This document shows, one piece after another, positions 1 through 10,052 of a stretch of 64,000 bases of DNA; positions within the stretch are counted from its first letter, which is position 1, and the number at the start of each line of letters is the position of its first letter. A program made the position numbers and the translations under genes. The DNA comes from a virus. The stretch covers positions 24,310-88,309 of IMG/VR virus record IMGVR_UViG_3300009177_000031; one strand, written 5' to 3'. The notes below the pieces were generated by a model. It was not told where the DNA came from. It saw only the letters and a list, made by a program, of their open reading frames with translations, and did no database searches.

Positions 1-4
1 AGCG

Positions 5-3000
5 GTGCGCGGCTTGATGGACCGCTACCGCAAAGCGCTGCACGAAGATCCGAAGGTGCAAGCGCTCGCGCAAGCCGCAGCGGAGAAGCGCGAAGCCGAG
101 CGCAACGCGTTCTACCTGACGTGCGAGCACACCGCGGAGGAGTTCTCGCCGCTCGCCGGCGATCTTGTCACGAAGGAGGACTTCGAGGATCTGACGTTCA
201 AAGCGACCGCTGCAATGGCGCAGATGGGTCTCATCGAGCGCGGTGGCAAAGGCAGCGTTGCTCAGCGCCGCATGCGCGGTGCAATCGTTCCGAAGTCGAG
301 CATGCTGTTGCAGGACAAGCGCAACATGGGTTCGCTTTGGAAGGACGATCAGCTCGAACGTCTCAGCGCGCCGCAGCTGATGGCGGTGCACATTGCAGTC
401 GATGCGCAGGAGTCGTTCTCGAAGGACAACACCTACGAGTACGAGCCTGGTGCGCCAAACGCGAACCGCGACCGCGTGTTCGATCTCATTTGCAGCAAGC
501 TCGGCGTCGACCCGGACGATCAGGTCGCGAAGAACACGCTGAAGCGCAAGCTGGAGAAGACGACGGAAGCGACGCTGCGCGCGATGACGAACTACAACAC
601 CGGACAGGATCCGATGTTCGCGCTCGCGATGACGAAGCGCATCTGTGACATCTACAAGAACGCCGATTGGCTAGAAGACCACAAGAAGAAGGTCGCCGAG
701 GAGCAATCGCGCATTCAGGAGATCCTCGCTGCGCAAGAGGACACGTCGTTCGAGCCTCCACCGTCGATGGTAAACGGCGTTTGGAACGGCAAGACGCTGA
801 AGGATGCGAACAAGCCAGAGAAGGGCGTTTGGGCTCCGTTCGAGTACCAGAAGAAGTACATCAACTGGATGCTCAAGGCGAAGCGCGGTGTGATTGCAGC
901 CGATGCCGGCATGGGCAAGACGCCGATCGTGATCGCGTTCCGTGAGCTGCTTGCATCGCAGGGCAAAGACGTTCCTGCCATTTGCTTCCTACCACCGTCG
1001 TTGATGGAGCAGTGGCCTGCGGCGATCCAGAAGTTCGCGCCAGAGAACGCCGACAAGATCCTCAACCTCAGTGGTCTCTCGTTGGAGGAGCGCAAGGTCG
1101 CTTTGCAAAGCGACATGGCGAAGAAGGCTCGCTACATCTTCATCAGCACCGGCACGCTCACCGGTGACGTGCCGGATCCGAACTCGACGGAAGACGAGAA
1201 CGATGGCACCGGTGGTTCTGACCACGAGATGGTCGAGATCCTGAAGAACCTCGAAGGCGCGGTGTTCATCGACGAAGCGCACCAAGGCGGTTACAAGAAA
1301 GCCGGCAACACGCGCCACGAGATTGCAAAGGCGGTGATGGAGGGTCGCGAGTACGCGTTCGGCATGACGGCTACGCCGATGCCAAACGATCCGATGGACG
1401 TCTATCACCTCGCGAACCTGTTTGCGCCTGGCAGCGTTGGTGACGCCGAGCTGTGGGCTGGTCGCACCGCTGGTGTGGCGTGGAACGAAGAGGAAGGTCG
1501 TTATGAGGTGTCGAACCCGGAGCACCTTGCAGAGCTGAACCAGCGCCTCAAGCCGTTCGTGTTCTACAAGAGCGTCAACGATCCAGACGTCGTGAAGGAC
1601 ATGGGCAAGGGTCTTCCGCAGAAGACCGGTGTGCACGAAGACTCAGCGATGCACGAGGGTGAGGGCGATCTGAATCTGTCAGGTCACTCGAACGCGCAGA
1701 ACGGTTTGTCGCAGCACGACTACTTCAAAGAGGGTGGTGTCATTGACACCATGATCGAGCTGCGCATCGCGCGTTTGGTGCGCGAGCGAGCGGAGAAGAT
1801 TGCAAACGGCGAAGTGAATCCTTCGACCGGTGAGCCGTACAAGGCGTACCACCCCAAGTTCCTTCAGCTGATGGCTGGCGGCATGAAGATCATGCTGCAA
1901 CGGCAAGCGTCGATCTCGCCAGCGCTCATCGATCACACGTATCGCAAGTCCGATGGTGGCGTTGCGCACTCGCCGAAGATCAAGGCGCTGTGCGATGACA
2001 TCGTCGCGCACTTCTCAAACGGTGGTCAGGGTGGTGACGACGCGAAGCCGCTCGTCGTGTTCTCATCGTTCCCTGGCAAAGCGTTTCCGCTCGTGCGCAA
2101 AGCGCTCGCCGAACGCGGTGTGGATCCGTCGCTCATCGAGACGATTGCAGGCGACGTCGCTCCGACGGAGCGCGGCTACATGCAGGACAAGCTGAACAAG
2201 GGCCACGCGAAGGTGCTCCTTGTCGGCACGATGTCAGGTGGCGCCGGTCTGAACCTTCAGGAAGCGGCGAACAAGACGCTGTTCCTCGATGAGCCGTGGA
2301 ACCCGGCTGCAAAGCGTCAGGCGATTGGTCGCGTTTGGCGCACCGGACAGAACAACGTCGTGCACGAGAAGACGTACCGTTCGGTTGGTACGTACGACTC
2401 GGTGGTGGAGCAGAAGATCGCAGGCAAGCAAGCGATGGTCGCTGCGCTTCTCGGAAAGGACATGCCGACGGAGGCATCGTTCAAGCCGGACACGTCGATC
2501 AAGGAGCTGCTTGGTCGCGTGAAGGGCACCGACTACACCGAGGATCAGATCAAAGCGATCATGGAGAACTCGAAGAACTACGATTTGGCTTCGAGTGAGC
2601 ACAAGCAAGCCGAACAGCTTTTGCAATCGATGCACGATGAGGATTGGAAGGAGAAGGCCGGTGGTCAGGGCTTCGGTGGTGGCGTTTCCGCAACGCTGAC
2701 CGACAAGGACTTCGAGCCGAACAAGGAAGCGCAGAAGACGCTCAAGAACAAGGGCGCGCACAAACTCACCGAAGCGTTCGATGAGAAGGAGTTCCGCGGC
2801 AAGTGGGAGATGGATCGCGATAAGCGCCGCTCGAAGCAGAACTACGAGATGGCGAACCTGATGGCTGACGTGTACAGCCAGCAAGGGAACAAAGAGAAAG
2901 CTGACGAGTACAAGCGTCGCGCTGACGAGCTTGCCGAGAAGTACCCTGAACTCGGTGGTGCAAAGGACGGTGGTGCGAAGAAGAAGGGCAAGGACGAGAA

Positions 3001-3628
3001 GCCGAAGGCCGAGAAGAAGGGCGACGAGAAGAAGCCTGCGAAGGGTGGCGACAAGAAGCAATCGAAGGAAGGTGGCGAGAGCGAGCAAACGAAACCGCCA
3101 CCGCGCGCGACTGCAACGGTTGCTGACGCCGAGCACGAGCTGAAGCAAAAGGCGAAGGCGCAGGACGCGCACACCAAGACGCAAACGGAGAAGGTGAAGC
3201 AGCGCAAGCCGCAAGAGACGACGAACAAGCTCGGTGGCAATCCTGACGAGCAAGAGGCGCCGGTCAAGCCGGCGACCTTGAAGCAGCCGGTGGTGAAGCG
3301 CAACGAAGCGCTCGGTGTCGACTTCCACTCGAAGGACAATCCGTTCCCGGAGAACGGACGCAAGGTGAAGGGCACCGACGTCTCGAACGCGGAAGCGAAC
3401 TACGTACTCGATGTGCTGCACAAAGAGAAGAAGCTGAAGTCGTGGGACGAGTTCATCACGACGCACATCAAGCCGGTTTGGGACGAAGAGGACGGTCGCA
3501 ATCCGTTCTCGATGAAGGCTGCGCACGAGTACGTCGGCAAGATCGTCGACGCGATCTCGAATCAAGGCTTGATGACGCTCAACGAGCCGATGAAGGCTGC
3601 GAAGAAGCAGACCAAGAAGGAGAAGTAG
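5..3628 (+). CDS. Large SNF2-family helicase/ATPase, 5'-partial, in the head module
   Basis: Motifs YQ..ADAGMGKT (I), FIDEAH (II), MTATP (III), SPKIKAL, VVFS, SGGAGLNLQ (V), QAIGRVWRTGQ (VI). K/E-rich C-terminal tail. The frame is open to the window edge. Confidence 0.9.
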   Translation: MRGLMDRYRKALHEDPKVQALAQAAAEKREAERNAFYLTCEHTAEEFSPLAGDLVTKEDFEDLTFKATAAMAQMGLIERGGKGSVAQRRMRGAIVPKSSMLLQDKRNMGSLWKDDQLERLSAPQLMAVHIAVDAQESFSKDNTYEYEPGAPNANRDRVFDLICSKLGVDPDDQVAKNTLKRKLEKTTEATLRAMTNYNTGQDPMFALAMTKRICDIYKNADWLEDHKKKVAEEQSRIQEILAAQEDTSFEPPPSMVNGVWNGKTLKDANKPEKGVWAPFEYQKKYINWMLKAKRGVIAADAGMGKTPIVIAFRELLASQGKDVPAICFLPPSLMEQWPAAIQKFAPENADKILNLSGLSLEERKVALQSDMAKKARYIFISTGTLTGDVPDPNSTEDENDGTGGSDHEMVEILKNLEGAVFIDEAHQGGYKKAGNTRHEIAKAVMEGREYAFGMTATPMPNDPMDVYHLANLFAPGSVGDAELWAGRTAGVAWNEEEGRYEVSNPEHLAELNQRLKPFVFYKSVNDPDVVKDMGKGLPQKTGVHEDSAMHEGEGDLNLSGHSNAQNGLSQHDYFKEGGVIDTMIELRIARLVRERAEKIANGEVNPSTGEPYKAYHPKFLQLMAGGMKIMLQRQASISPALIDHTYRKSDGGVAHSPKIKALCDDIVAHFSNGGQGGDDAKPLVVFSSFPGKAFPLVRKALAERGVDPSLIETIAGDVAPTERGYMQDKLNKGHAKVLLVGTMSGGAGLNLQEAANKTLFLDEPWNPAAKRQAIGRVWRTGQNNVVHEKTYRSVGTYDSVVEQKIAGKQAMVAALLGKDMPTEASFKPDTSIKELLGRVKGTDYTEDQIKAIMENSKNYDLASSEHKQAEQLLQSMHDEDWKEKAGGQGFGGGVSATLTDKDFEPNKEAQKTLKNKGAHKLTEAFDEKEFRGKWEMDRDKRRSKQNYEMANLMADVYSQQGNKEKADEYKRRADELAEKYPELGGAKDGGAKKKGKDEKPKAEKKGDEKKPAKGGDKKQSKEGGESEQTKPPPRATATVADAEHELKQKAKAQDAHTKTQTEKVKQRKPQETTNKLGGNPDEQEAPVKPATLKQPVVKRNEALGVDFHSKDNPFPENGRKVKGTDVSNAEANYVLDVLHKEKKLKSWDEFITTHIKPVWDEEDGRNPFSMKAAHEYVGKIVDAISNQGLMTLNEPMKAAKKQTKKEK

Positions 3629-3631
3629 GCG

Positions 3632-4096
3632 ATGCCAAATCGCGAGAAGTCGAACCACGTCGTGTTCCGCACCGTCAATCGCGGTGACGGAAAGAAGGGC
3701 ATCGAGGCGCACACGCCTGAGAAGGTGCTTCCGATCCACGACAAGAAGGAACTCGAAGCGCAGCTGAAGCACTACGCGAAGTTTCTTCTATCGCTGACGA
3801 CAGGAAGTAACGTCGCTGCGCGTCGGAAGTATGTCGAGCTGATTCGTCCGGCGCTGCGCTACTACTGCAAGAAGTTCAACGTGCAGGCACCGAAGTGGCT
3901 CGCAAACGACGACTACTACACCAAGACGATGGACACCGCGACGAAGCAGCAGATGTTCGGCATGCGCCCGCTTCGCATCGGGGAGTTTCAGAAGCTGAAG
4001 CCGGTCGAAGGTGTCGAGAGCGTTTCGTATCCAGGCAAGGAGCCGGATGCGGAGGAGCAAGGAGCAAAGGCAAATGGGCAAGCCCCTCAGCGATAA
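3632..4096 (+). CDS. Hypothetical protein (head module)
   Basis: 154 aa ORF starting 3 nt after the SNF2 stop, with typical codon usage. Confidence 0.75.
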   Translation: MPNREKSNHVVFRTVNRGDGKKGIEAHTPEKVLPIHDKKELEAQLKHYAKFLLSLTTGSNVAARRKYVELIRPALRYYCKKFNVQAPKWLANDDYYTKTMDTATKQQMFGMRPLRIGEFQKLKPVEGVESVSYPGKEPDAEEQGAKANGQAPQR

Positions 4097-5027
4097 GCAA
4101 CGAGAGAAGATCAGCAAGCTGATTGCTGACCATCACCTCGCGTTTGCCGTCGAGGTGCTTGGGCCTGACGCGATTCCGCGCGCTGAGCTTCAGCGTTTGC
4201 AGCGTGAAGGCATCCTGAAGCAGCACGAAGTCGAGCACGCGCAGGTTGCGATTCCAGCTGCGCACATGCTTGGCAAGCAAGCAGCGTCAAACGCGCAGCT
4301 CGCGCGCATGCCGCCAGAGCAGTTCTGGCAGTTCATCGAGCACGCACCGCCGCAGTTCAGCAAGCACGATCTCGACGCGATGAACGCGGCGAAAGCTGTG
4401 GTTGGTCGTTTGATCGTCAACCTCGGTGTCGGTTTGCTCAACGAGTTCGAGAGTGCCAGCCATGAAGAAGCAGCAAAGCTTCGTCAGGAAGCGTTGGGGG
4501 TTGTACAACACGAGGTTGCGCTCGGCATCGCACGACGTTCTGCGAAGGAGAAAATCCAGCGTCGCTTGCGAGACAAGCTCGGCGAGTCGGAACGCAATTG
4601 GGCGCTTGTGGTACAAACCGAACTCCACAACGCGCAGGAGTACGGCAAGGCGCTCGGACTCGGCGCTGACGGGCGAGACCCGATCGTCTACAAGCGGCCA
4701 CGTCCTGACGCTTGTCGTTTCTGCAAGCTCCTGTACCTCGTCGATGGTGTACGTCCTCGTCTCTTCCGTCTCTCAGTGCTCGTGAAGAACGGCACGAACT
4801 ACGGAAAGCGTGCGCGACGTCCTTCGTTCCGTGGTGCAGGCGCAACGGAATGGAAGGCGACCGTCGGCTGCGTGCATCCTGGTTGTCAGTGCGAGATGCA
4901 CCAGATGCCGGAAGGCATGACGTTCGACAAGCAGGGGAAGCTCGTTGCGTCTGTGCGCAAGAGCATCGAGCCTGACGTTCTCACCGCCGATCTTCGGAAG
5001 CTCATCGGTCACCGGTGCGTCGCATGA
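4074..5027 (+). CDS. MuF/SPP1 gp7-like minor head protein
   Basis: QTELHNA..G, DACRFC and VHPGCQC match the MuF T-E...CxxC...HPxCxC pattern. ATG 4074 follows GGAG. Confidence 0.75.
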   Translation: MGKPLSDKQREKISKLIADHHLAFAVEVLGPDAIPRAELQRLQREGILKQHEVEHAQVAIPAAHMLGKQAASNAQLARMPPEQFWQFIEHAPPQFSKHDLDAMNAAKAVVGRLIVNLGVGLLNEFESASHEEAAKLRQEALGVVQHEVALGIARRSAKEKIQRRLRDKLGESERNWALVVQTELHNAQEYGKALGLGADGRDPIVYKRPRPDACRFCKLLYLVDGVRPRLFRLSVLVKNGTNYGKRARRPSFRGAGATEWKATVGCVHPGCQCEMHQMPEGMTFDKQGKLVASVRKSIEPDVLTADLRKLIGHRCVA

Positions 5028-5893
5028 CTCAGCTCGAAACCATCGTGAAGCGGATGAAGCCGGTCTCGATCAAGATGATCGCGGAAGGCAACGTCGGCGC
5101 ACGTCTGGTGACGTATCCGAACGGCGCGCAGGTCGTGATGAAGATCTGTTCGTCTGTAACGACGAAGAACCAGCGCACGACGCAACGCGGTCTGCCCACC
5201 GAGACAGAACCGAAGCGCGAAGTCGCGTTCTATCGGCTGTGCAAGTTGCTCGGTTGGGACATCGTGCCGGAAACCGTTTTGGGCGAATTCGCCGGTTTCC
5301 CTGCGTCGTTTCAGCAATACATGACGGCGGCGAAGCTCTACGACGTGGAGCCGCGCCTGCGGAACCCGGGCAAGAACAGGGTGGCGTGGCAGATCGCGCT
5401 GCGCGAAACCTTGCGAGACAAGGTTCCATTTGAAGACACGCTGCGCCTGACAGTGCTAGATTTCCTGGCAGGGTCGCGCGATCGTCATGCTGCTAATTAT
5501 GGTGTTCGTTTGGATGTGTCTGCCAACAAAGCTCGTTGGCGACTCATCGGTTGGGACAACGGTTGCTCGTTTGGTTTGACGCAAGCGTTGTACAAATGCG
5601 TCGCTCACAAGTGGGTCTTCCGTTACGCGTTCGATCTGTCGACTGTTTGGGATGACCTTCGACGCATTCGACGTTCAGAACTCGCTTCTGCACTGAGTGG
5701 CCTGATCGACGACGAAGCTATCGACCACGTTTGGCATCGAGTTCAGTTTGTACTCACGTTTCCACATCGCATGCCGTGGAAGACGCTTTCGCAAGGGCAT
5801 GACGACGGTGACTCCTTTCCGTCGTACGCAGAATGGTTCAAACCGATGCTGGGCACCAAACCCTTCTACATCTTGCAAACGCAGGCGCTGTAG
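5024..5893 (+). CDS. PI3K/PI4K/HipA-fold atypical kinase
   Basis: VMK lysine, KREVAFY..LG..IVPET, catalytic loop DFLAGSRDRHAAN, WDNG metal-binding motif. ATGA overlap with the MuF stop. Confidence 0.8.
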   Translation: MTQLETIVKRMKPVSIKMIAEGNVGARLVTYPNGAQVVMKICSSVTTKNQRTTQRGLPTETEPKREVAFYRLCKLLGWDIVPETVLGEFAGFPASFQQYMTAAKLYDVEPRLRNPGKNRVAWQIALRETLRDKVPFEDTLRLTVLDFLAGSRDRHAANYGVRLDVSANKARWRLIGWDNGCSFGLTQALYKCVAHKWVFRYAFDLSTVWDDLRRIRRSELASALSGLIDDEAIDHVWHRVQFVLTFPHRMPWKTLSQGHDDGDSFPSYAEWFKPMLGTKPFYILQTQAL

Positions 5894-5917
5894 AGGTACT
5901 CCTAGGAGCCGGGTTCA

Positions 5918-6664
5918 ATGCGTGACAACGACCTTCTAGACGGCAAAGACGACTTCTTGATTTGGACGCCGAGCTGCGTCGAGATCATCATGAAGGCTGG
6001 TGTCGACATCGAGCGCACGCGTCCAATCGGTGGAACGTGTTCGACCGAGCGTCTCGATCGCCAGGACGAGAAGGTGTTCGCGAAGGGACTCGACTTCAAC
6101 GAGTTCGTGAACCACGGCTACTTCAACGACAACCACAAGCAGAACACGGCTGACATCCTCGGCTATCCGAACATGGCCGAGCTACGCAAGGGTCGTTGGT
6201 GGACCGAAGGCAACTTGCTTCTCGATTGGGAGCCTGCAAATCGTGTTTGGGCGCTCGCGAAAGCGCTCTCAAAGAGCACTGCGAAACGCAGGCTCGGCTT
6301 CTCGATCGAAGGCAAGGTAACGGAGCGCGGTTACGACAACCGCATCACGAAGGCGATCATTCGCCACGTCGCAATCACCAATTCGCCGGTGAACACCGAT
6401 TGCACGTGGGACATTCTCGCGAAGGCGTTTGGCTCGATGGAGGAGCTGGAAGGTGCTTCGTTGCGTCGCGCGCTGAGCGCGGGTGCTTCGTCGCCGGGTT
6501 CCAGTGGAGGCGCAGCGCTCGCAGGTGGGCGTGTGGAGCGCAAGCCGATCGAGCTGACGTTCGACGAAGCGGTGAAGGTTCTTAAAGCGCATCGTCCGCA
6601 GTACGCGTGGGGAACGTGCGAGCGGCTCGCTCGTGTGATTTTCAAACAAGAACGGAGGAACTGA
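5918..6664 (+). CDS. Prohead protease
   Basis: ST..LDRQDE, NDNH, GFSIEG and VAITNSPVN motifs of HK97/Herelle-type maturation proteases; lies upstream of the capsid gene. Confidence 0.88.
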   Translation: MRDNDLLDGKDDFLIWTPSCVEIIMKAGVDIERTRPIGGTCSTERLDRQDEKVFAKGLDFNEFVNHGYFNDNHKQNTADILGYPNMAELRKGRWWTEGNLLLDWEPANRVWALAKALSKSTAKRRLGFSIEGKVTERGYDNRITKAIIRHVAITNSPVNTDCTWDILAKAFGSMEELEGASLRRALSAGASSPGSSGGAALAGGRVERKPIELTFDEAVKVLKAHRPQYAWGTCERLARVIFKQERRN

Positions 6665-6665
6665 A

Positions 6666-7019
6666 ATGGCAAAGCGAACTCCTACGGGCAAGCCGCTTAC
6701 GGGTGCTCAAATCCAACAGGCCAACGACCTGATGGGAACTGTCACGTTCACCGGATCGGTGATCGTGTCGCTCAACAACGTCATCATCCGTCGCAAGGGC
6801 AACAAGATCTTGTCCTCGACGGATCTGAAGAGCTTCTTCATCACCGGTCTCACCTTCATCGATGCTGGTGGTGCCGCGACGGTTCACCGTCTCGCGGCGG
6901 TGAACAACGGCGATGGCACCTTCACGATCAACGCGTCGAAGGAGACCGGTGTCGCCGGCACGTACGCCACCGCGACGAACCCCTGCACCGTCACCTGGTG
7001 CGTCACGCTCGCGCAGTAA
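6666..7019 (+). CDS. Putative head structural/decoration protein
   Basis: Thr/Gly-rich, beta-type 117 aa ORF; GGAGG RBS; position in head module. Confidence 0.55.
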   Translation: MAKRTPTGKPLTGAQIQQANDLMGTVTFTGSVIVSLNNVIIRRKGNKILSSTDLKSFFITGLTFIDAGGAATVHRLAAVNNGDGTFTINASKETGVAGTYATATNPCTVTWCVTLAQ

Positions 7020-7072
7020 CGAAGGCATCTAAACGCCGTTGAGGCGTTCGACATCTTGCAAAGGAGAAACAC

Positions 7073-7468
7073 ATGTCTCGTCAGAATCTCGTGCGCTTCA
7101 ACGTTGGCGGTAAGGATCCGCTCACTCCATTCGGCGTCAAGGTGAGCACCTCGTTCACCATCCCGACGACGAAGCAAGTCGCTTCCGCGGTCGATTCCGC
7201 GTTCGGCGGCGCCAACCTCGCATCGATCATCAACACCGTTGGTGGTCAGCTGCTTCTCGCGATGAACGATGGCGCGGCCGGTACGGCGTGCGTCTTCGAT
7301 CTCACGATGCAAGACGTTTGCGATCTGCGTCCTGGTGACGTGGTCGCGATGTCTGCGGTCGCGACGAACATCGTCACGCTGACGGTCACCAGCGTCGACG
7401 GTACGGTGCGCACCTTCCTCATCACCGGCGTCACCACCACGGCGACCGTCGTCGGCTACTTCGCGTAA
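7073..7468 (+). CDS. Putative head structural/decoration protein
   Basis: 131 aa, AAGGAG RBS, Thr/Val-rich. Confidence 0.55.
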   Translation: MSRQNLVRFNVGGKDPLTPFGVKVSTSFTIPTTKQVASAVDSAFGGANLASIINTVGGQLLLAMNDGAAGTACVFDLTMQDVCDLRPGDVVAMSAVATNIVTLTVTSVDGTVRTFLITGVTTTATVVGYFA

Positions 7469-7504
7469 GCGAAGCGGTTGCAAAACCACCAAGGAGAAAC
7501 GCAA

Positions 7505-8524
7505 ATGGCAAATCCAAGCCAAGACGAACTTCTCGCCGAGCTGGATAAGCTGGAGAAGTCGACGCTCAAGAAGGGTGGCGACGCACTTCAGAACGCCCCA
7601 CACGACGGTGGTTTTGCCACCCAAGGGACGAACATCCAGGAGAAGGCGAAGAAGATGTACAAGGCTCTCCGCAAGGGAGGGTTCTCGAAGAAGGAAGCGA
7701 AGAAGGCCGTCTACAAGGCGTTCGGCGACGAGGAAAGCTCGTCGGACGAGTCTTCGGCGATGTCTTCGGTCGAGAAGGCGATCGGAAGCGCCGATTCGAT
7801 GTCGAGCGATGATGCGAGCGGCGATGACGAATCGTCGGATGGCACGTCGAGCGAAGACGAATCGTCCGACGAGTCTTCGGCGATGTCGTCGCCGATGAAG
7901 AAGTCGACCGGCGCTGCGGCGATGGCGAACGCTGTCGCTGGCGCGAAGCCGCAAGAGGATTCGATTCGCAAGGCGCTCACCGACGAGCATCCTGACGTCG
8001 CTGGTGCGCTCGATGCGGTTCCGATTCTCGGTCAGCTGATCGACGCAATCGATCGCATGGCCAAGGGCGGTGGCAAGTCGAGCAAGAAGGCGCTGGGCAG
8101 CATTCGCAAGGCGCTCGTCGCCGAGTCGGAAGCGCGCAACGACTTCAACAGCCGTCTCGCGAAGGCGCTCGTGCACATGACCGGGCGCATGATCGGCATC
8201 GAGGATCTCGTGAAGAAGATGGCGAGCGAGCCGGTGAACACCGGCAATCGTCAGCCGTCGCTTCGCAAGAGCGATTTGCAGCAACCGTCGTTTCACGATG
8301 GCGGTACGCAGCGAATCACCGGTGGCAACGGCGATCCCAACCAGGTGTCGCCGCTGACGCAACTTCCCTACCTGCAAATCCAAGAGGCTCTCACCGAGCT
8401 GTGCATGAAGGGCGGTGCCGAGCTGATGGACATCACGAAGTTCGAGAACAGCAAGGGCGACCTGCGGCTGTTGCCGCCGAACGTCATCGAGCAACTGGAG
8501 AAGCGTCTCTGCGCTGCGGCGTAA
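7505..8524 (+). CDS. Capsid scaffolding-like protein
   Basis: Immediately upstream of MCP; acidic low-complexity SSDESSAMSS repeats, coiled coil, many [ILVM]xK[SAG] motifs; AAGGAG RBS. Confidence 0.7.
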   Translation: MANPSQDELLAELDKLEKSTLKKGGDALQNAPHDGGFATQGTNIQEKAKKMYKALRKGGFSKKEAKKAVYKAFGDEESSSDESSAMSSVEKAIGSADSMSSDDASGDDESSDGTSSEDESSDESSAMSSPMKKSTGAAAMANAVAGAKPQEDSIRKALTDEHPDVAGALDAVPILGQLIDAIDRMAKGGGKSSKKALGSIRKALVAESEARNDFNSRLAKALVHMTGRMIGIEDLVKKMASEPVNTGNRQPSLRKSDLQQPSFHDGGTQRITGGNGDPNQVSPLTQLPYLQIQEALTELCMKGGAELMDITKFENSKGDLRLLPPNVIEQLEKRLCAAA

Positions 8525-8565
8525 GCAGACAGCAACGACGAAACGCAAACTGAAAGGAGTCTGAG

Positions 8566-9966
8566 ATGGAAGGCAATCACGTTGGTCTGTCTGACTACGA
8601 GGGACTGACCGGGTTCGGTCTGCTCCCGACCGGAGACACCGAGGAGATCCAAAAGGCTCTCTCGGCCGGCTACCAATCGCCGCGTCACGACGGCGGTTCC
8701 GCACTGCGCGTGGAGTCGCTCGAAGCGACGCTGCGCATCCTCACGTTCTCGCAAGGACACGTGAAGCTCTGGAAGGACATTCCGAAGCTTCCGGCGTACT
8801 CGACGAGCGAGGAGTACACCGTGCAAACGGCGTACGGCGGTGAGAACGGACCGTTCACTCGTGAAGGCGAGCTTCCGCAAGTCCAGGATGCGACGTACGA
8901 GCGTCGTGTCGAGCTGGTGAAGTTCCTCGGCACGCAGCGCGAAGTGACGCATCCGGCGACGCTCGTGCGCAATGCGTACGGCAACATCATCGCTCGCGAG
9001 ACGCAGAACGGCGCGATCTGGCTGATGGAGCGTCTGGAGCGCAACCTGTTCCGCGGTCAAGCGTCGGTCATCCCGGAGTGCTTCGACGGCATCGACGAGC
9101 AGATCCTCCGCGATCCGTTCGCGAGCGCGAACAACGTGCTCGATCTTCGCGGCGGTCCGATCACGGAAGACGTGATGGAAGAGGCGACGAACATCATCGT
9201 GGAGAACTACGGTCTCTCCTCGGCGCTGTACCTCGCACCGCGCGCGCATTCGGACATGTCGAAGCAGTTCTACTCGCGTCAGCGCGGTGGCTTCGGCGAG
9301 CGCGAGGGTCGCATCGGCTACTCGGCGAAGATGATGGAGACGAACGCGGGCGACATCGCGCTTCGTGGCGACATCTTCCTGCGCAGCGGCAAGAACAACG
9401 GCGTCAAGACGGCACCGGCCGGCCAGACGTCGGTGCGCGCGCCGAACGCTCCGACGACGGTCACGGGCGCGCACGGCGCGAACGCTGGCTCGCTGTTCGG
9501 TGCGGCGGATGCCGGCACGTACCAGTATTGCGTCACCGCGCTGAACCGCTTCGGCGAGTCGGCGCTGACGCAGGTTGCTGGTGGCGTTGCGCCGGTGTCC
9601 GGTGACGCGGTCACGCTCACGATCACCGATGGTGGTGGTGGTGACACGGCCACGGGTTACCGCGTCTACCGCTCGAAGAACGGTGGTGCGGTGGGCACGG
9701 AGCAATTCGTGCTCGACATCCCGCGTCCGACCGGCGCGGCGACGACGGCGTTCGTCGACGTCAACCAGTTCCTGCCAGGCACGTCGCGCGCGTACCTGTT
9801 GCAGATGAACCTGCAATCGCTGTCGTTCCGACAGCTCGCTCCGATGATGAAGATCCCGCTCGCGACGCTCGCCGCGTCGATCCGCTGGATGCAGCTCATC
9901 TACGGAACGCCGATCGTGTACGCACCGCGCAAGAACCTGATCCTCATCAACGTCGCCGACGACTGA
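8566..9966 (+). CDS. Major capsid protein (SPO1/Twort/A511-like)
   Basis: 466 aa; IQKALSAGY...GSALRVESLE..L..LT N-terminus, FDG, VLDLRG, and an Ig/FN3-like insertion (YQYCVTA..GES, GYRVYR) as in Herelle-type MCPs. Confidence 0.92.
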   Translation: MEGNHVGLSDYEGLTGFGLLPTGDTEEIQKALSAGYQSPRHDGGSALRVESLEATLRILTFSQGHVKLWKDIPKLPAYSTSEEYTVQTAYGGENGPFTREGELPQVQDATYERRVELVKFLGTQREVTHPATLVRNAYGNIIARETQNGAIWLMERLERNLFRGQASVIPECFDGIDEQILRDPFASANNVLDLRGGPITEDVMEEATNIIVENYGLSSALYLAPRAHSDMSKQFYSRQRGGFGEREGRIGYSAKMMETNAGDIALRGDIFLRSGKNNGVKTAPAGQTSVRAPNAPTTVTGAHGANAGSLFGAADAGTYQYCVTALNRFGESALTQVAGGVAPVSGDAVTLTITDGGGGDTATGYRVYRSKNGGAVGTEQFVLDIPRPTGAATTAFVDVNQFLPGTSRAYLLQMNLQSLSFRQLAPMMKIPLATLAASIRWMQLIYGTPIVYAPRKNLILINVADD

Positions 9967-9976
9967 TGTAGGGACG

Positions 9977-10016
9977 TAAAGCGAGTGAGCGTGCTGTTTG
10001 GCGCTCGCTTGTTTTG
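9977..10016 (+). terminator. G:U-rich stem-loop after MCP (terminator or processing site)
   Basis: GCGAGTGAGCGT...GCGCTCGCTTGT followed by TTT. Confidence 0.5.
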
Positions 10017-10052
10017 CTGCTTCTACACCCACTCATCAGAAGGAGATTGCAA

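Noticed and set aside
7741-7891. DNA repeat GACGAGTCTTCGGCGATGTC x2
   Set aside because: Explained by the coding SSDESSAMSS repeat in the scaffold linker
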